Source of the DNA: Moraxella nasovis
GTDB lineage: Bacteria > Pseudomonadota > Gammaproteobacteria > Pseudomonadales > Moraxellaceae
Reading direction: 5' to 3'
Assembly (NCBI RefSeq): GCF_022701215.1
Contig: NZ_CP089976.1
Coordinates: 1,440,001-1,472,000 of the forward strand
DNA length: 32,000 nucleotides
Shown here: positions 17,265-26,969 of the stretch, one piece after another
Layout of the letters: every line of letters begins with the position of its first letter
How positions within the stretch are numbered: position 1 is the first letter of the stretch
Notes under the pieces: generated by a model
What the model saw: the letters and a program-made list of their open reading frames with translations, nothing else
Told to the model about the DNA's origin: nothing
Databases searched by the model: none
Translations under genes and position numbers: made by a program

Positions 17265-17919
17265 AATAGATGGGTTTGATCGCCGTACACGCCTTGCTAA
17301 AAAATGGCAGGCGTTAAACACCATCACCTTAAATAATATTGGCTCATCACCTTGGCAAATCCGTGCTACGCTACTGCTAATGGTATTTATGGCGGTGTTC
17401 GTATTGGCATGGTTTATGGTGATTCACCCCATGTATCTTGAGATTGAAGCGACACAGCGTCAACAAGAAGTGCTGTTAGATGAGTACGCTCTTAAGTATA
17501 CACAGGCAGCTTCTTTGGGGGGCAAGACAGAGCAGCTTGACAAACTGCGTACTAACTTTTCTGCAGACTTAGCCAAGCTTTCTTATCATGTCAATATGAC
17601 GCAAATCATGGGAAGAATTCATGATGCGGCAAATGCTGCAGGCGTGACGTCTGTAGATGTGGCGATGGCTGAGAGTGTTGATACGCCTTTATATACCGAA
17701 AAACCACTCCAGATAACCATTAAAGGCAGCTATCATCAGCTTACTCGATTTTTAATGACATTATCAGAGACGCCAGAGCTGATTACAGTGCATGATTTTG
17801 ATATGCTAAATGAGGCAGGTCTTGGTGATACACCAACATTGCAATTAACCATGCAAATCAAAACCTACGAGGCTAAAGAAGAGTTGCCTGATGAGACGTC
17901 TCAAAAGGAGGTCTTATGA
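17251..17919 (+). CDS. pilO: Type IV pilus alignment protein PilO
   Basis: TM (LLLMVFMAVFVLAWFMVI), a coiled coil, then the core ...YTEKPLQITIKGSYHQLTRFLMTLSETPELITVHDFDM typical of PilO. It sits between pilN and pilP. Confidence 0.85.
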   Translation: MQHHKIDGFDRRTRLAKKWQALNTITLNNIGSSPWQIRATLLLMVFMAVFVLAWFMVIHPMYLEIEATQRQQEVLLDEYALKYTQAASLGGKTEQLDKLRTNFSADLAKLSYHVNMTQIMGRIHDAANAAGVTSVDVAMAESVDTPLYTEKPLQITIKGSYHQLTRFLMTLSETPELITVHDFDMLNEAGLGDTPTLQLTMQIKTYEAKEELPDETSQKEVL

Positions 17920-18524
17920 AACGGTTGGCATATCAATGTCTGGTGGTGGTCGGGTGTGTTACAGCAGTGCTAGGCTGTGGTGATTTATCAAATAATAACG
18001 ATGAAGATGCCATCGTTGAACAAAAGCTTGCGTCAGTGTCATTATTATCAGTTCAGCAAGATGAAAAGATAATTTTACCCATTCAAGCAAAGCGTTCATT
18101 TAATTTGCCAAACGATTTATTTGCCGCCCCGTTCTTAGTGCGTACTAAGAGTAGTGCTAAGACTGATACCAAGCTTGATACTCAAGCTGATAAGCCACCA
18201 TCAACGCCCGCATCTGAGCATAAGATAAGCACGCCATATCAACCAACCAAGCCAAGCCATCAGGCCACATCTGTGTTATCGCAACATCCATTACAGTCCT
18301 ATGATTTACATGAACTGCATTATCAAGGGTATCTTCAAAAAGACGGTCAGATGATTGCATTGGTGGTGTTGCCTAATGGGCGAGCATATGCTGTAACGGT
18401 TGGGCAATATCTTGGCGTGCAACGAGCTAAAATTACTGCCATCACACAAAAACAGATGGTGCTGCTATCAGCAAATGATGAAGCCATCGTTTTGCCTTTT
18501 GAGGTGAATAGTTTGGGGAGATAA
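17916..18524 (+). CDS. pilP: Type IV pilus lipoprotein PilP
   Basis: Lipobox AVLGC, a Thr/Pro/Lys-rich linker, and a C-terminal beta domain LQSYDLHELHYQGYLQKDGQMIALVVLPNGRAYAVTVGQYLG. It overlaps pilO by 4 nt (ATGA). Confidence 0.8.
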   Translation: MKRLAYQCLVVVGCVTAVLGCGDLSNNNDEDAIVEQKLASVSLLSVQQDEKIILPIQAKRSFNLPNDLFAAPFLVRTKSSAKTDTKLDTQADKPPSTPASEHKISTPYQPTKPSHQATSVLSQHPLQSYDLHELHYQGYLQKDGQMIALVVLPNGRAYAVTVGQYLGVQRAKITAITQKQMVLLSANDEAIVLPFEVNSLGR

Positions 18525-19900
18525 TGACAAAGTTAATCAATGCAATGCCGACTTGGCAAAAAATAAAGCACAAACTTGGCGTATTCATGCTGGTACTTCC
18601 TTTGTCTGCTTTAGCTGCCGAGACGAACCACGATACCCAATATCATGGCGATCGTATTTCTGTGGATTTTTATGATATGCCAGTACAAGCGGTGATTAAT
18701 GCCCTAGCGACAGTAGGCAAAACCAACATCATCGTTAGCGATAAAGTGGCAGGCAACATCACCTTAAAGCTTAATCATGTACCATGGGATCAAGCCTTAA
18801 GTATCGTGCTTGATAGCAAGAATTTGATTAAGACCACCAATAATGGCGTACTAGCAGTCATGACAGCCGATGAGCTTGCCGATATCAATGCTCAAAAATC
18901 AAAAAGCCAATCTGCCTACGAAGAGACGCTACCACTACAAACTGAATACATTCGCTTGCATTATGCAGATATTAAAGACGTGCAAAAAATCATCTTAGGC
19001 GAAAGCTCACAGAAGGCAGGCACGCAGGCACAAGCAGGGCTATTATCAGCACGTGGCACGCTTGGGGTCGATACGCGTACAAATACGCTTATCATTAAAG
19101 ACACAGCGGATAATCTAGCAGATATCCATGATGTATTGGCATATATTGATGTACCTGTTGATCAGGTGATGATAGAGGCTAGGATTGTCTCAGCGTCTGA
19201 TAAATTTAGCCGAGAGCTTGGGGTGAATTTTGGTATCTTATCTAATCAATCTAATCTGCAAGTTGGTGGCTCTCAGACAACCTTGTGGGATATGCGAACG
19301 ACAGACTATATGAGGCGAGGCGTACATCGCCCTGATAATTTATCGGTTAATCTTGGGGCGATAAATCCAGCTGGTAGAATCGCATTTGGCATTTTAAATA
19401 TGTCTGATGTCGTGCTTGATCTTGAGCTGTCTGCAATGCAAGCAGATAACCGAGGTGAGGTGATATCCACACCAAAGGTGTTGACCGCAGATAAGCAAAC
19501 TGCACGCATCTCATCAGGTATGCAAATTGCCTATCAAGAAGAGACATCTTCAGGAGCAACCAATTCGGTCTTTAAAGAAGCAGCACTTGTCTTAGAGGCG
19601 ACACCAAGCATTACACCTGATGGTAAAATTAATCTAAAATTACTCATTAAAAATGGCACGCCTGTTACCAATCTTGGTAGTATTGCCATACAAGAAGATT
19701 CTATAGAAACACGAGTGCAAGTTGAAGATGGGCAAACTGTCGTGCTTGGCGGTGTGTATCGCCATATGCAAGGAAAAGGCGTTAAAAAAGTTCCTTTTCT
19801 TGGTGATTTGCCACTCGTAGGAGGACTGTTTCGTAATGAAAGCCGTATGGATGATAAAGAGGAGTTGATGATTTTTATTACGCCTAAGCTTGTCAAGTAA
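18524..19900 (+). CDS. pilQ: Type IV pilus/competence secretin PilQ (short, HofQ/ComE-like, 458 aa)
   Basis: Signal peptide, then the N0 domain directly (ISVDFYDMPVQAVINALATVGKTNIIVSDKVAGNITLKLNHVPWDQALSIVL), and a C-terminal secretin core ...VVLGGVYRH...VPFLGDLPLVGGLFRNESRMDDKEELMIFITPKLV. Confidence 0.9.
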   Translation: MTKLINAMPTWQKIKHKLGVFMLVLPLSALAAETNHDTQYHGDRISVDFYDMPVQAVINALATVGKTNIIVSDKVAGNITLKLNHVPWDQALSIVLDSKNLIKTTNNGVLAVMTADELADINAQKSKSQSAYEETLPLQTEYIRLHYADIKDVQKIILGESSQKAGTQAQAGLLSARGTLGVDTRTNTLIIKDTADNLADIHDVLAYIDVPVDQVMIEARIVSASDKFSRELGVNFGILSNQSNLQVGGSQTTLWDMRTTDYMRRGVHRPDNLSVNLGAINPAGRIAFGILNMSDVVLDLELSAMQADNRGEVISTPKVLTADKQTARISSGMQIAYQEETSSGATNSVFKEAALVLEATPSITPDGKINLKLLIKNGTPVTNLGSIAIQEDSIETRVQVEDGQTVVLGGVYRHMQGKGVKKVPFLGDLPLVGGLFRNESRMDDKEELMIFITPKLVK

Positions 19901-20015
19901 ATGAATACTCTAAGAATTGATGAGTATGGCAGAATTTTTTTTGGTAAAATTTGATTGGTAAAATTTACATAAACCTTGTATCATAGGTTATTTTGATTTT
20001 GTAATTGAGCAAAGA

Positions 20016-20630
20016 ATGAATGATGATGTATCGGCGATTATTGAAGAAACGATCGTAGAAAGACCGAGTACGCATTTAGCCAAACATTTACCACCTGTGT
20101 ACTTGGTGGGGCCGATGGGGGCAGGAAAGACCACCATTGGTAAGCTGTTGGCACGCCATCTGGGGCGTGAATTTGTGGACTGTGATTGGTATATCAGTGA
20201 GCAGACAGGGGCTGACATTCCTTGGATTTTTGCTAAAGAAGGCGAGGCAGGCTTTAGGGATAGAGAGACTAAGGCACTACAAGAGCTGACCGAACGCACC
20301 GATGTTGTTATGGCGACAGGTGGCGGTGCTGTTGGGCGTGCCAAGAATCGAGATTTATTAAAAAAAGGCTTGGTTATTTATCTTGATGCCAATGTAGATA
20401 CACAGCTTATGCGTACCAAAAAAGACAAAAACCGCCCGCTATTACAGTCTGAAAATCCCAGAGCAGTCTTAGAAGAGTTGTACCAAAAACGCAGCCCATT
20501 ATATCAAGAGGTTGCTGATATTATTGTGCCAACAGGGCGTGCCTATCCCAAGCAAATGATTAATGAGTTGCTTGATTTTTTACAACAATATGCTGATACG
20601 CACAGCATCTATTTTCACCACAAAAGATAG
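20016..20630 (+). CDS. aroK: Shikimate kinase
   Basis: VYLVGPMGAGKTTIGKLLARHLGREFVDCD (Walker A), TGADIPWIFAKEGEAGFRDRE, ATGGGAV. It has the canonical position after pilQ and before aroB. Confidence 0.93.
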   Translation: MNDDVSAIIEETIVERPSTHLAKHLPPVYLVGPMGAGKTTIGKLLARHLGREFVDCDWYISEQTGADIPWIFAKEGEAGFRDRETKALQELTERTDVVMATGGGAVGRAKNRDLLKKGLVIYLDANVDTQLMRTKKDKNRPLLQSENPRAVLEELYQKRSPLYQEVADIIVPTGRAYPKQMINELLDFLQQYADTHSIYFHHKR

Positions 20631-20634
20631 TACT

Positions 20635-21744
20635 ATGAAACAAACCACGCTAACCGTCCATACCCAAAGCCACGATTATCCGATTTTTATTACCGCAAGT
20701 AAAGCAAATAAAATCGATTTAGTCACTCAGATTGTGCCTTATATTAAGGGCAAGCAAGTGCTTATCGTCACAAATGAAACGATTGCACCGCTTTATTTGT
20801 CAGGCGTTCAGACGGCATTAGAGCAGGCACATTATACTGTGGCGACGTGCATTTTACCTGATGGTGAGGCGTTCAAGAACCAAGACAGTATTAACAGCAT
20901 TTATGATGTGCTAATGCAAGAGCATTTTGCTAGAGATTGCACGCTGATTGCGTTAGGGGGCGGTGTTATCGGCGATATGACAGGGTTTGCAGCAGCAAGC
21001 TTTATGCGTGGTGTGAACTTTATCCAAGTCCCAACAACGCTATTATCTCAAGTAGACTCGTCAGTAGGTGGTAAGACAGGCATTAATCATGCTTTGGGCA
21101 AGAATATGATAGGGGCTTTTTGGCAGCCGATGGCGGTGCTTGCAGATATGGCGACCTTTCAGACATTGCCAAAGCGTGAGTTTGCAGCTGGGCTTGCTGA
21201 GGTGGTGAAGTACGCCTTAATTATGGATGTGTCGTTCTTAGATTGGCTTGAAGAGCATACCGAGCAAATCAATGCTCATGATGGTGATGTTTTGGCCAAG
21301 ATGGTGTATCGATGCTGTGATTATAAGGCAAAGATTGTCGCTTTGGATGAAAGAGAATCTGGAAAGCGAGCCTTGCTAAATTTTGGGCATACTTTTGGAC
21401 ACGCCATTGAAACCCATCAAGGATATGGAGCATGGCTACATGGTGAGGCAGTTGCAGTTGGTATGGTGCAGGCATTAGCGATGTCGCATAAGATGGCACT
21501 CATTAGTCGTGATGAGGTGAGTCGTGTGATTCGATTATTGCAAGCGTTTAATCTACCGATTGTGCCACCAAAGATTGATGTTAATGATGCACTAACGTTA
21601 ATGGGGCATGATAAGAAAGTTCAGCGTGGGCAGATTCGCTTGGTGCTGTTAAGGTCGCTTGGCGATGCGTTTGTTACCGCAGATTTTGAGCCAGAGATGT
21701 TGATGGCGGTGCTAAGTTCGGTAGATGAGTATGTGGGTGCATGA
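20635..21744 (+). CDS. aroB: 3-dehydroquinate synthase
   Basis: The track ORF (20563) overlaps aroK. The ATG at 20635, 5 nt after the aroK stop, gives MKQTTLTVHT.... Motifs: ALGGGVIGDMTGFAAASFMRGVNFIQVPTTLLSQVDSSVGGKTGINH, LNFGHTFGHAIE, WLHGEAVAVGM. Confidence 0.95.
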   Translation: MKQTTLTVHTQSHDYPIFITASKANKIDLVTQIVPYIKGKQVLIVTNETIAPLYLSGVQTALEQAHYTVATCILPDGEAFKNQDSINSIYDVLMQEHFARDCTLIALGGGVIGDMTGFAAASFMRGVNFIQVPTTLLSQVDSSVGGKTGINHALGKNMIGAFWQPMAVLADMATFQTLPKREFAAGLAEVVKYALIMDVSFLDWLEEHTEQINAHDGDVLAKMVYRCCDYKAKIVALDERESGKRALLNFGHTFGHAIETHQGYGAWLHGEAVAVGMVQALAMSHKMALISRDEVSRVIRLLQAFNLPIVPPKIDVNDALTLMGHDKKVQRGQIRLVLLRSLGDAFVTADFEPEMLMAVLSSVDEYVGA

Positions 21745-22661
21745 ATATGACAAATCACTTTAAACAAAGTTCAGTTTATTTTCGTCGCCAAGCTTTTTAT
21801 TGGTTCGTGATGGCGGTGGTGATTTTGGTTGCTTGGCTTATTTTATGGCTAATGAGTGCCACCCCTAGTACTGCCACACCCACTGCCGAAACCCAAGTAA
21901 CGTCCCAAGATTTCACATTGCCAGAACGAATCGATTCACTTGATGAGTTGTCAAAGGATGTAAAGCCGATTGAGCTTTCATCTTTAGTACGAGACCTTAG
22001 AAATTATCCGATTGAATTTAAAGATAAGCGATATTTTGAAAAAATTAAAAACAAATACGTCATCGAAGTTATGAACGTCAGTAAAAACGAAGTTGTTGCA
22101 GATTACTTAAATGGGCGTAAAGATCGTGATGATTTTGTGTATTTTCGCTATTTAGACGAACAAAAGACCCCACGTTACCTGCTGGTTTATGGCAAGTTTG
22201 ATGACAAAAATGCTGCTAAAGCAAAACTTACATCTAATGATTTTAAATTACCAAAGTCAGTAACCTTAAGCGTACAGCCTGTTAGTCGTTATTTGGATAT
22301 TATCGATGACTATCAGCTTGATGATGTGCTTGATTATGCAAAAAGCACAAAGCGTCAAGTTACCCTAAAACAGACCAGACAAGAAATTCCGATTGAAGTG
22401 CCAGAGGATTTGGAGATTCCATCAAATACTGAGCTTGACTTACCGATCACTTCGGTTATAGAAGACGTTGCCACACAAGCCAAACCAAAAGAAGACAAGC
22501 CAAAACCTACAACTTCTCCAGAAAAAACTAAGGATAAGCCTAACGCAGAGGCAGCTAAGCCAGAAAATCCTACTGCCCCAACTGAAGAAAAATCAAAGCC
22601 TGTGATAGAGCCGAATACAAATACACCAAGCGTCCCTGGCTCTCACAGTCGATTTGGGTAA
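21741..22661 (+). CDS. DamX-like membrane-anchored protein with a SPOR-like module and a Pro/Lys/Thr-rich C-terminal tail
   Basis: N-terminal TM (FYWFVMAVVILVAWLILWLM). The central region YVIEVMNVSKNEVVADYLNGRKDRDDFVYFRYLDEQKTPRYLLVYGKFDDKNAAKAKL resembles a SPOR repeat. The position after aroB mirrors aroK-aroB-damX. The assignment is weak. Confidence 0.5.
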   Translation: MNMTNHFKQSSVYFRRQAFYWFVMAVVILVAWLILWLMSATPSTATPTAETQVTSQDFTLPERIDSLDELSKDVKPIELSSLVRDLRNYPIEFKDKRYFEKIKNKYVIEVMNVSKNEVVADYLNGRKDRDDFVYFRYLDEQKTPRYLLVYGKFDDKNAAKAKLTSNDFKLPKSVTLSVQPVSRYLDIIDDYQLDDVLDYAKSTKRQVTLKQTRQEIPIEVPEDLEIPSNTELDLPITSVIEDVATQAKPKEDKPKPTTSPEKTKDKPNAEAAKPENPTAPTEEKSKPVIEPNTNTPSVPGSHSRFG

Positions 22662-22668
22662 ATGACCA

Positions 22669-23295
22669 ATGATAGATAATTTAGACGCCCAGACGGTACT
22701 GGCAAATTTAAAAGCGGGCAATGCTCGTTATATGGCAAATCTAGCCAGCACCAAACCATTAAGTGTGCCACCCCCAACGCTTGTCGCTGAGCAAAAACCC
22801 AGTGCGATTATCCTTGGCTGTTCTGATGCACGTGTGCCTGTTGAGCTGATTTTTGATCAAGGGCTTGGTGAGCTTTTTGTGATTCGTGTTGCAGGTAATG
22901 TGGTTGCACCAAGTCAGATAGGCTCTATTGAGTTTGCTGCTGAGAAGTTTGGCACTCAGCTTGTGGTTGTGCTTGGGCATTCAAATTGCGGAGCGGTGAC
23001 AGCGTGTGTTGAGGCATTAGCCAACCCTGAGCAGTATTATTCACCAAATTTACAATCCATTGTTGATCGTATCCGCCCAAGCGTCTATAACTTGCACGAG
23101 ATTGCCACAGCGTCTGATGGTGAGATGGATATGGGCGAGTTTATTGACCGTGCAGTGCGTGCTAATGTGCGAATGTCAGTTAGTCAGTTGCGACACGGCT
23201 CACGCATTTTAGAAGATATGGTAAATGCAGGCATGCTAACCATTATCGGTGCTGAGTATGATGTGGCAACAGGGCGAGTGGATTTCTTTAGTTAG
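22669..23295 (+). CDS. Beta-class carbonic anhydrase
   Basis: Zinc ligand and catalytic motifs: ILGCSDARVPVE, FVIRVAGN, VLGHSNCGAV. Confidence 0.9.
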   Translation: MIDNLDAQTVLANLKAGNARYMANLASTKPLSVPPPTLVAEQKPSAIILGCSDARVPVELIFDQGLGELFVIRVAGNVVAPSQIGSIEFAAEKFGTQLVVVLGHSNCGAVTACVEALANPEQYYSPNLQSIVDRIRPSVYNLHEIATASDGEMDMGEFIDRAVRANVRMSVSQLRHGSRILEDMVNAGMLTIIGAEYDVATGRVDFFS

Positions 23296-23352
23296 TGTTA
23301 TAAGCTTGTCTGTGTTATACTTACAGCTATCATTCACTAATTTGGAGTATGT

Positions 23353-23886
23353 ATGACACGCATTTCTCAGCCTGACAACGCCCTAACTGCAAAGGGAGTG
23401 TTGGATATTCCTGTTCAAAGCGAAGGCTTTGTATTTAATCACACCATGCTACGCGTTAAAGACCCTGTTAAGTCGCTTGAGTTTTATACAGGTGTGCTTG
23501 GCATGACCTTGCTTCGCCACAGTCAATTTCCTGATGCTAAATTTGATTTATACTTCTTGGCAAGACTCACCGAAGAGGAGCGTCATAACCTACCAAACAC
23601 TAAAGACTTAACTGCCTATGTTTCACGTCAACGCAGTATTCTTGAGCTGACGCATAATTATGGTACAGAAAATGATGATACTGTCAGCTATCATGATGGC
23701 AACAGTGAGCCCCGTGGTTTTGGGCATATTTGTTTTAGCGTGCCAGACTTGGCAAAAGCGGTGGCGTGGTTTGATGAAAATAACGTCGTATTCCAAAAGC
23801 GTCCTGAAGAAGGCAGTATGAAAGACATCGCCTTTATCAAAGATCCTGACGGTTATTGGATTGAAATTATCGAATTAAAGTATTAG
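23353..23886 (+). CDS. gloA: Lactoylglutathione lyase (glyoxalase I), long eukaryote-like type
   Basis: FNHTMLRVKDPVKSLEFYTGVLGM, LELTHNYGTENDDTVSYHDGNSEPRGFGHICFSVPD, KDIAFIKDPDGYWIEII. These are very close to the human GLO1 core motifs as recalled. Confidence 0.93.
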   Translation: MTRISQPDNALTAKGVLDIPVQSEGFVFNHTMLRVKDPVKSLEFYTGVLGMTLLRHSQFPDAKFDLYFLARLTEEERHNLPNTKDLTAYVSRQRSILELTHNYGTENDDTVSYHDGNSEPRGFGHICFSVPDLAKAVAWFDENNVVFQKRPEEGSMKDIAFIKDPDGYWIEIIELKY

Positions 23887-23936
23887 TTGCCATCTTATAC
23901 CATCTTAGTCTAGATTAAGACAGTTATGGCTTAGCA

Positions 23937-23978
23937 AAATACCCCAAGTGGCTTAAATTCGCTTGGGGTATTTTATTT
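23937..23978. terminator. Bidirectional intrinsic terminator between gloA and the convergent YcxB-like gene
   Basis: aaaataccccaag (23937-23948, 12 nt by coordinate) pairs with cttggggtatttt (23962-23974), followed by ttttattt. The A-run on the left arm serves the minus strand. Confidence 0.8.
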
Positions 23979-23987
23979 CAGATTAGA

Positions 23988-24644
23988 TTAAGGCGTAGTT
24001 TGAGTCATAGACTCTAGACCTTTTGGCTTTGTTTGACTAAGGTGTTTTTTGATGGTATCCATTGGAAAGCCTTGAGTATTTAGGCGTTTTGGGATAATTT
24101 GGCTGCCCTTTTGACCTTTTAGCTCAAACATCACAAACAAATAATCTGCCGTCTCATCCCAGCTGGTGACAGCATGCCAAGGGATAACTGCTGACTGTGT
24201 AGCTGCAGTACGCATTTGCATACCACGCATTTGGGATTGGTTTAGGATATGAGCAGGGGTTGGCATACTCATGATGATGCCATGCGACTGCACGCCAAGA
24301 CCGACTTGCTCTAGCTCTTTTGGCATGGTAACACTTGCCGTTTGTTTTTCGTATTCACGTCTCATGTACCATTTTAATCCAAGCGTACGAACGACTAAAT
24401 ATAATGCTGCAAGCACAAGCATTAACCAAAAAATAATCGTTGAATAGCCACTGACGAACACTAGGCCAAAAATCGCTGCGACCACCACCACGCCTAAGAT
24501 TATCCATTCTTTTGTGCGGACAGACTTTAGCCCTGCTTGCTGTGCACCTTTTTCAAACAGTTCTAATTGGGCTGCCTTGAACTCATCTTCGGTTAGGTTT
24601 AGCATGACAGGCTTTAGGGTGTACGGATAGAGTGCTTTTGACAT
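23988..24644 (-). CDS. Hypothetical membrane protein, YcxB-like (two TM helices plus a C-terminal soluble domain)
   Basis: 218 aa with a hairpin of two TM helices (WIILGVVVVAAIFGLVFV / IIFWLMLVLAALYLVV), then a domain ending ...DYLFVMFELKGQKGSQIIPKR, reminiscent of the YcxB/DUF family. No catalytic motif was recognised. Confidence 0.45.
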   Translation of the reverse strand: MSKALYPYTLKPVMLNLTEDEFKAAQLELFEKGAQQAGLKSVRTKEWIILGVVVVAAIFGLVFVSGYSTIIFWLMLVLAALYLVVRTLGLKWYMRREYEKQTASVTMPKELEQVGLGVQSHGIIMSMPTPAHILNQSQMRGMQMRTAATQSAVIPWHAVTSWDETADYLFVMFELKGQKGSQIIPKRLNTQGFPMDTIKKHLSQTKPKGLESMTQTTP

Positions 24645-24805
24645 AATAATCCAAGAAAATAATCAATGTTAGAAAAGTCTCCCTATATTACCGATTTTGG
24701 CACAAAAAATAAACCAAAACTTGCACAAAACGCTCTGCAAATGACATTTTATTCATATTTTATGTAAATTATTTCTGCAAAAACAGCAAAACTTAATATT
24801 CATAG

Positions 24806-24834
24806 CTGAAAAATGTGGCAAAATTTGGTATCAT
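24806..24834 (+). promoter_or_regulatory. Candidate sigma70 promoter of serS with an extended -10
   Basis: CTGAAA (24806-24811), a 17-nt spacer ending in TGg, then TATCAT (24829-24834), ~45 nt upstream of the serS ATG. Pattern match only. Confidence 0.35.
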
Positions 24835-24850
24835 AAACACAAATTTTTAA

Positions 24851-26137
<1,287 letters not shown>

Positions 26138-26165
26138 GCTTAAGTTGTGATGAATTGCAATCTAG

Positions 26166-26825
26166 GTGGCAATGATGAGCAGACTAATTAGTGCAGAACT
26201 CATGCAAGAAGTGCTAGAGTGGAGCTATGATAAAGCTGTCAATGGCGTGGCAAGTATGGGTTCTGCCAAAGAGCTGGGCGATGATTATCTAAAGCAATCA
26301 GGTTCTTTAGAAGACAGAATAAATGCCTTGATACGTTGGCAAAATACGAAAGCGGGCGGTGCAGGATTTTTAAGTGGTATGGGCGGCATGATTACGCTAC
26401 CTGTAGCACTGCCCATGAATATCGTCTCCACACTGTATGTGCAAATTCGCATGGTAGCGGCAATCGCTCACATGGCAGGCTTTGATATTCATCATGACAA
26501 GGTAAAAACGTTGGTTTTTATATGTTTGCTTGGTCAAGGGGTGACTGAATTTATCAAAGACACAAGCGTAACCCTTGCCACAAAAACTGCTCAAAACTAC
26601 ATTGCAAAAAACATCACAACAGAAAGTTTAAAGCAGATTAATAAAGCCGTTGGATTTAGGCTTGTAACTAAAGCAGGCGAGAAAGGCGTGATTAATCTGA
26701 CTAAGATGGTGCCGATTATAGGTGGCGTGGTTAGTGGTGGGCTAGATGTATTTACCACAAATTTAGTGGGTAATACAGCCAGAGATACTTTTTTAGGTAT
26801 GTCGCCAGATTTTATTAATATGTAG
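26166..26825 (+). CDS. EcsC-family protein
   Basis: INALIRWQNTKAGGAGFLSGMGGMITLPVALPMNIVSTLYVQIRMVAAIAHMAGFD matches the conserved EcsC (PF12787-like) core as recalled. The track start is a GTG; ATGs at 26172/26175 are alternatives. Confidence 0.65.
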   Translation: MAMMSRLISAELMQEVLEWSYDKAVNGVASMGSAKELGDDYLKQSGSLEDRINALIRWQNTKAGGAGFLSGMGGMITLPVALPMNIVSTLYVQIRMVAAIAHMAGFDIHHDKVKTLVFICLLGQGVTEFIKDTSVTLATKTAQNYIAKNITTESLKQINKAVGFRLVTKAGEKGVINLTKMVPIIGGVVSGGLDVFTTNLVGNTARDTFLGMSPDFINM

Positions 26826-26969
26826 ATTTAAAGTGTATCTTTGATTGATAAGACTTAAATTAGGTGCAGCCTAGCCAGTTTTTTATACATGCCGTAGGAC
26901 TTGTGAGTGATAGGCTCACGTTTATTGATATTTTTTAACCCAAAATTAAACCCCAAAAAAGGTAGCTTT

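Noticed and set aside
19905-19944. Possible terminator between pilQ and aroK (atactc/gagtat stem, then T8)
   Set aside because: The stem is only 6 AT-rich bp with an 11-nt loop, and the T-run is 9 nt away. That is too weak to call, and pilQ-aroK-aroB are commonly co-transcribed.
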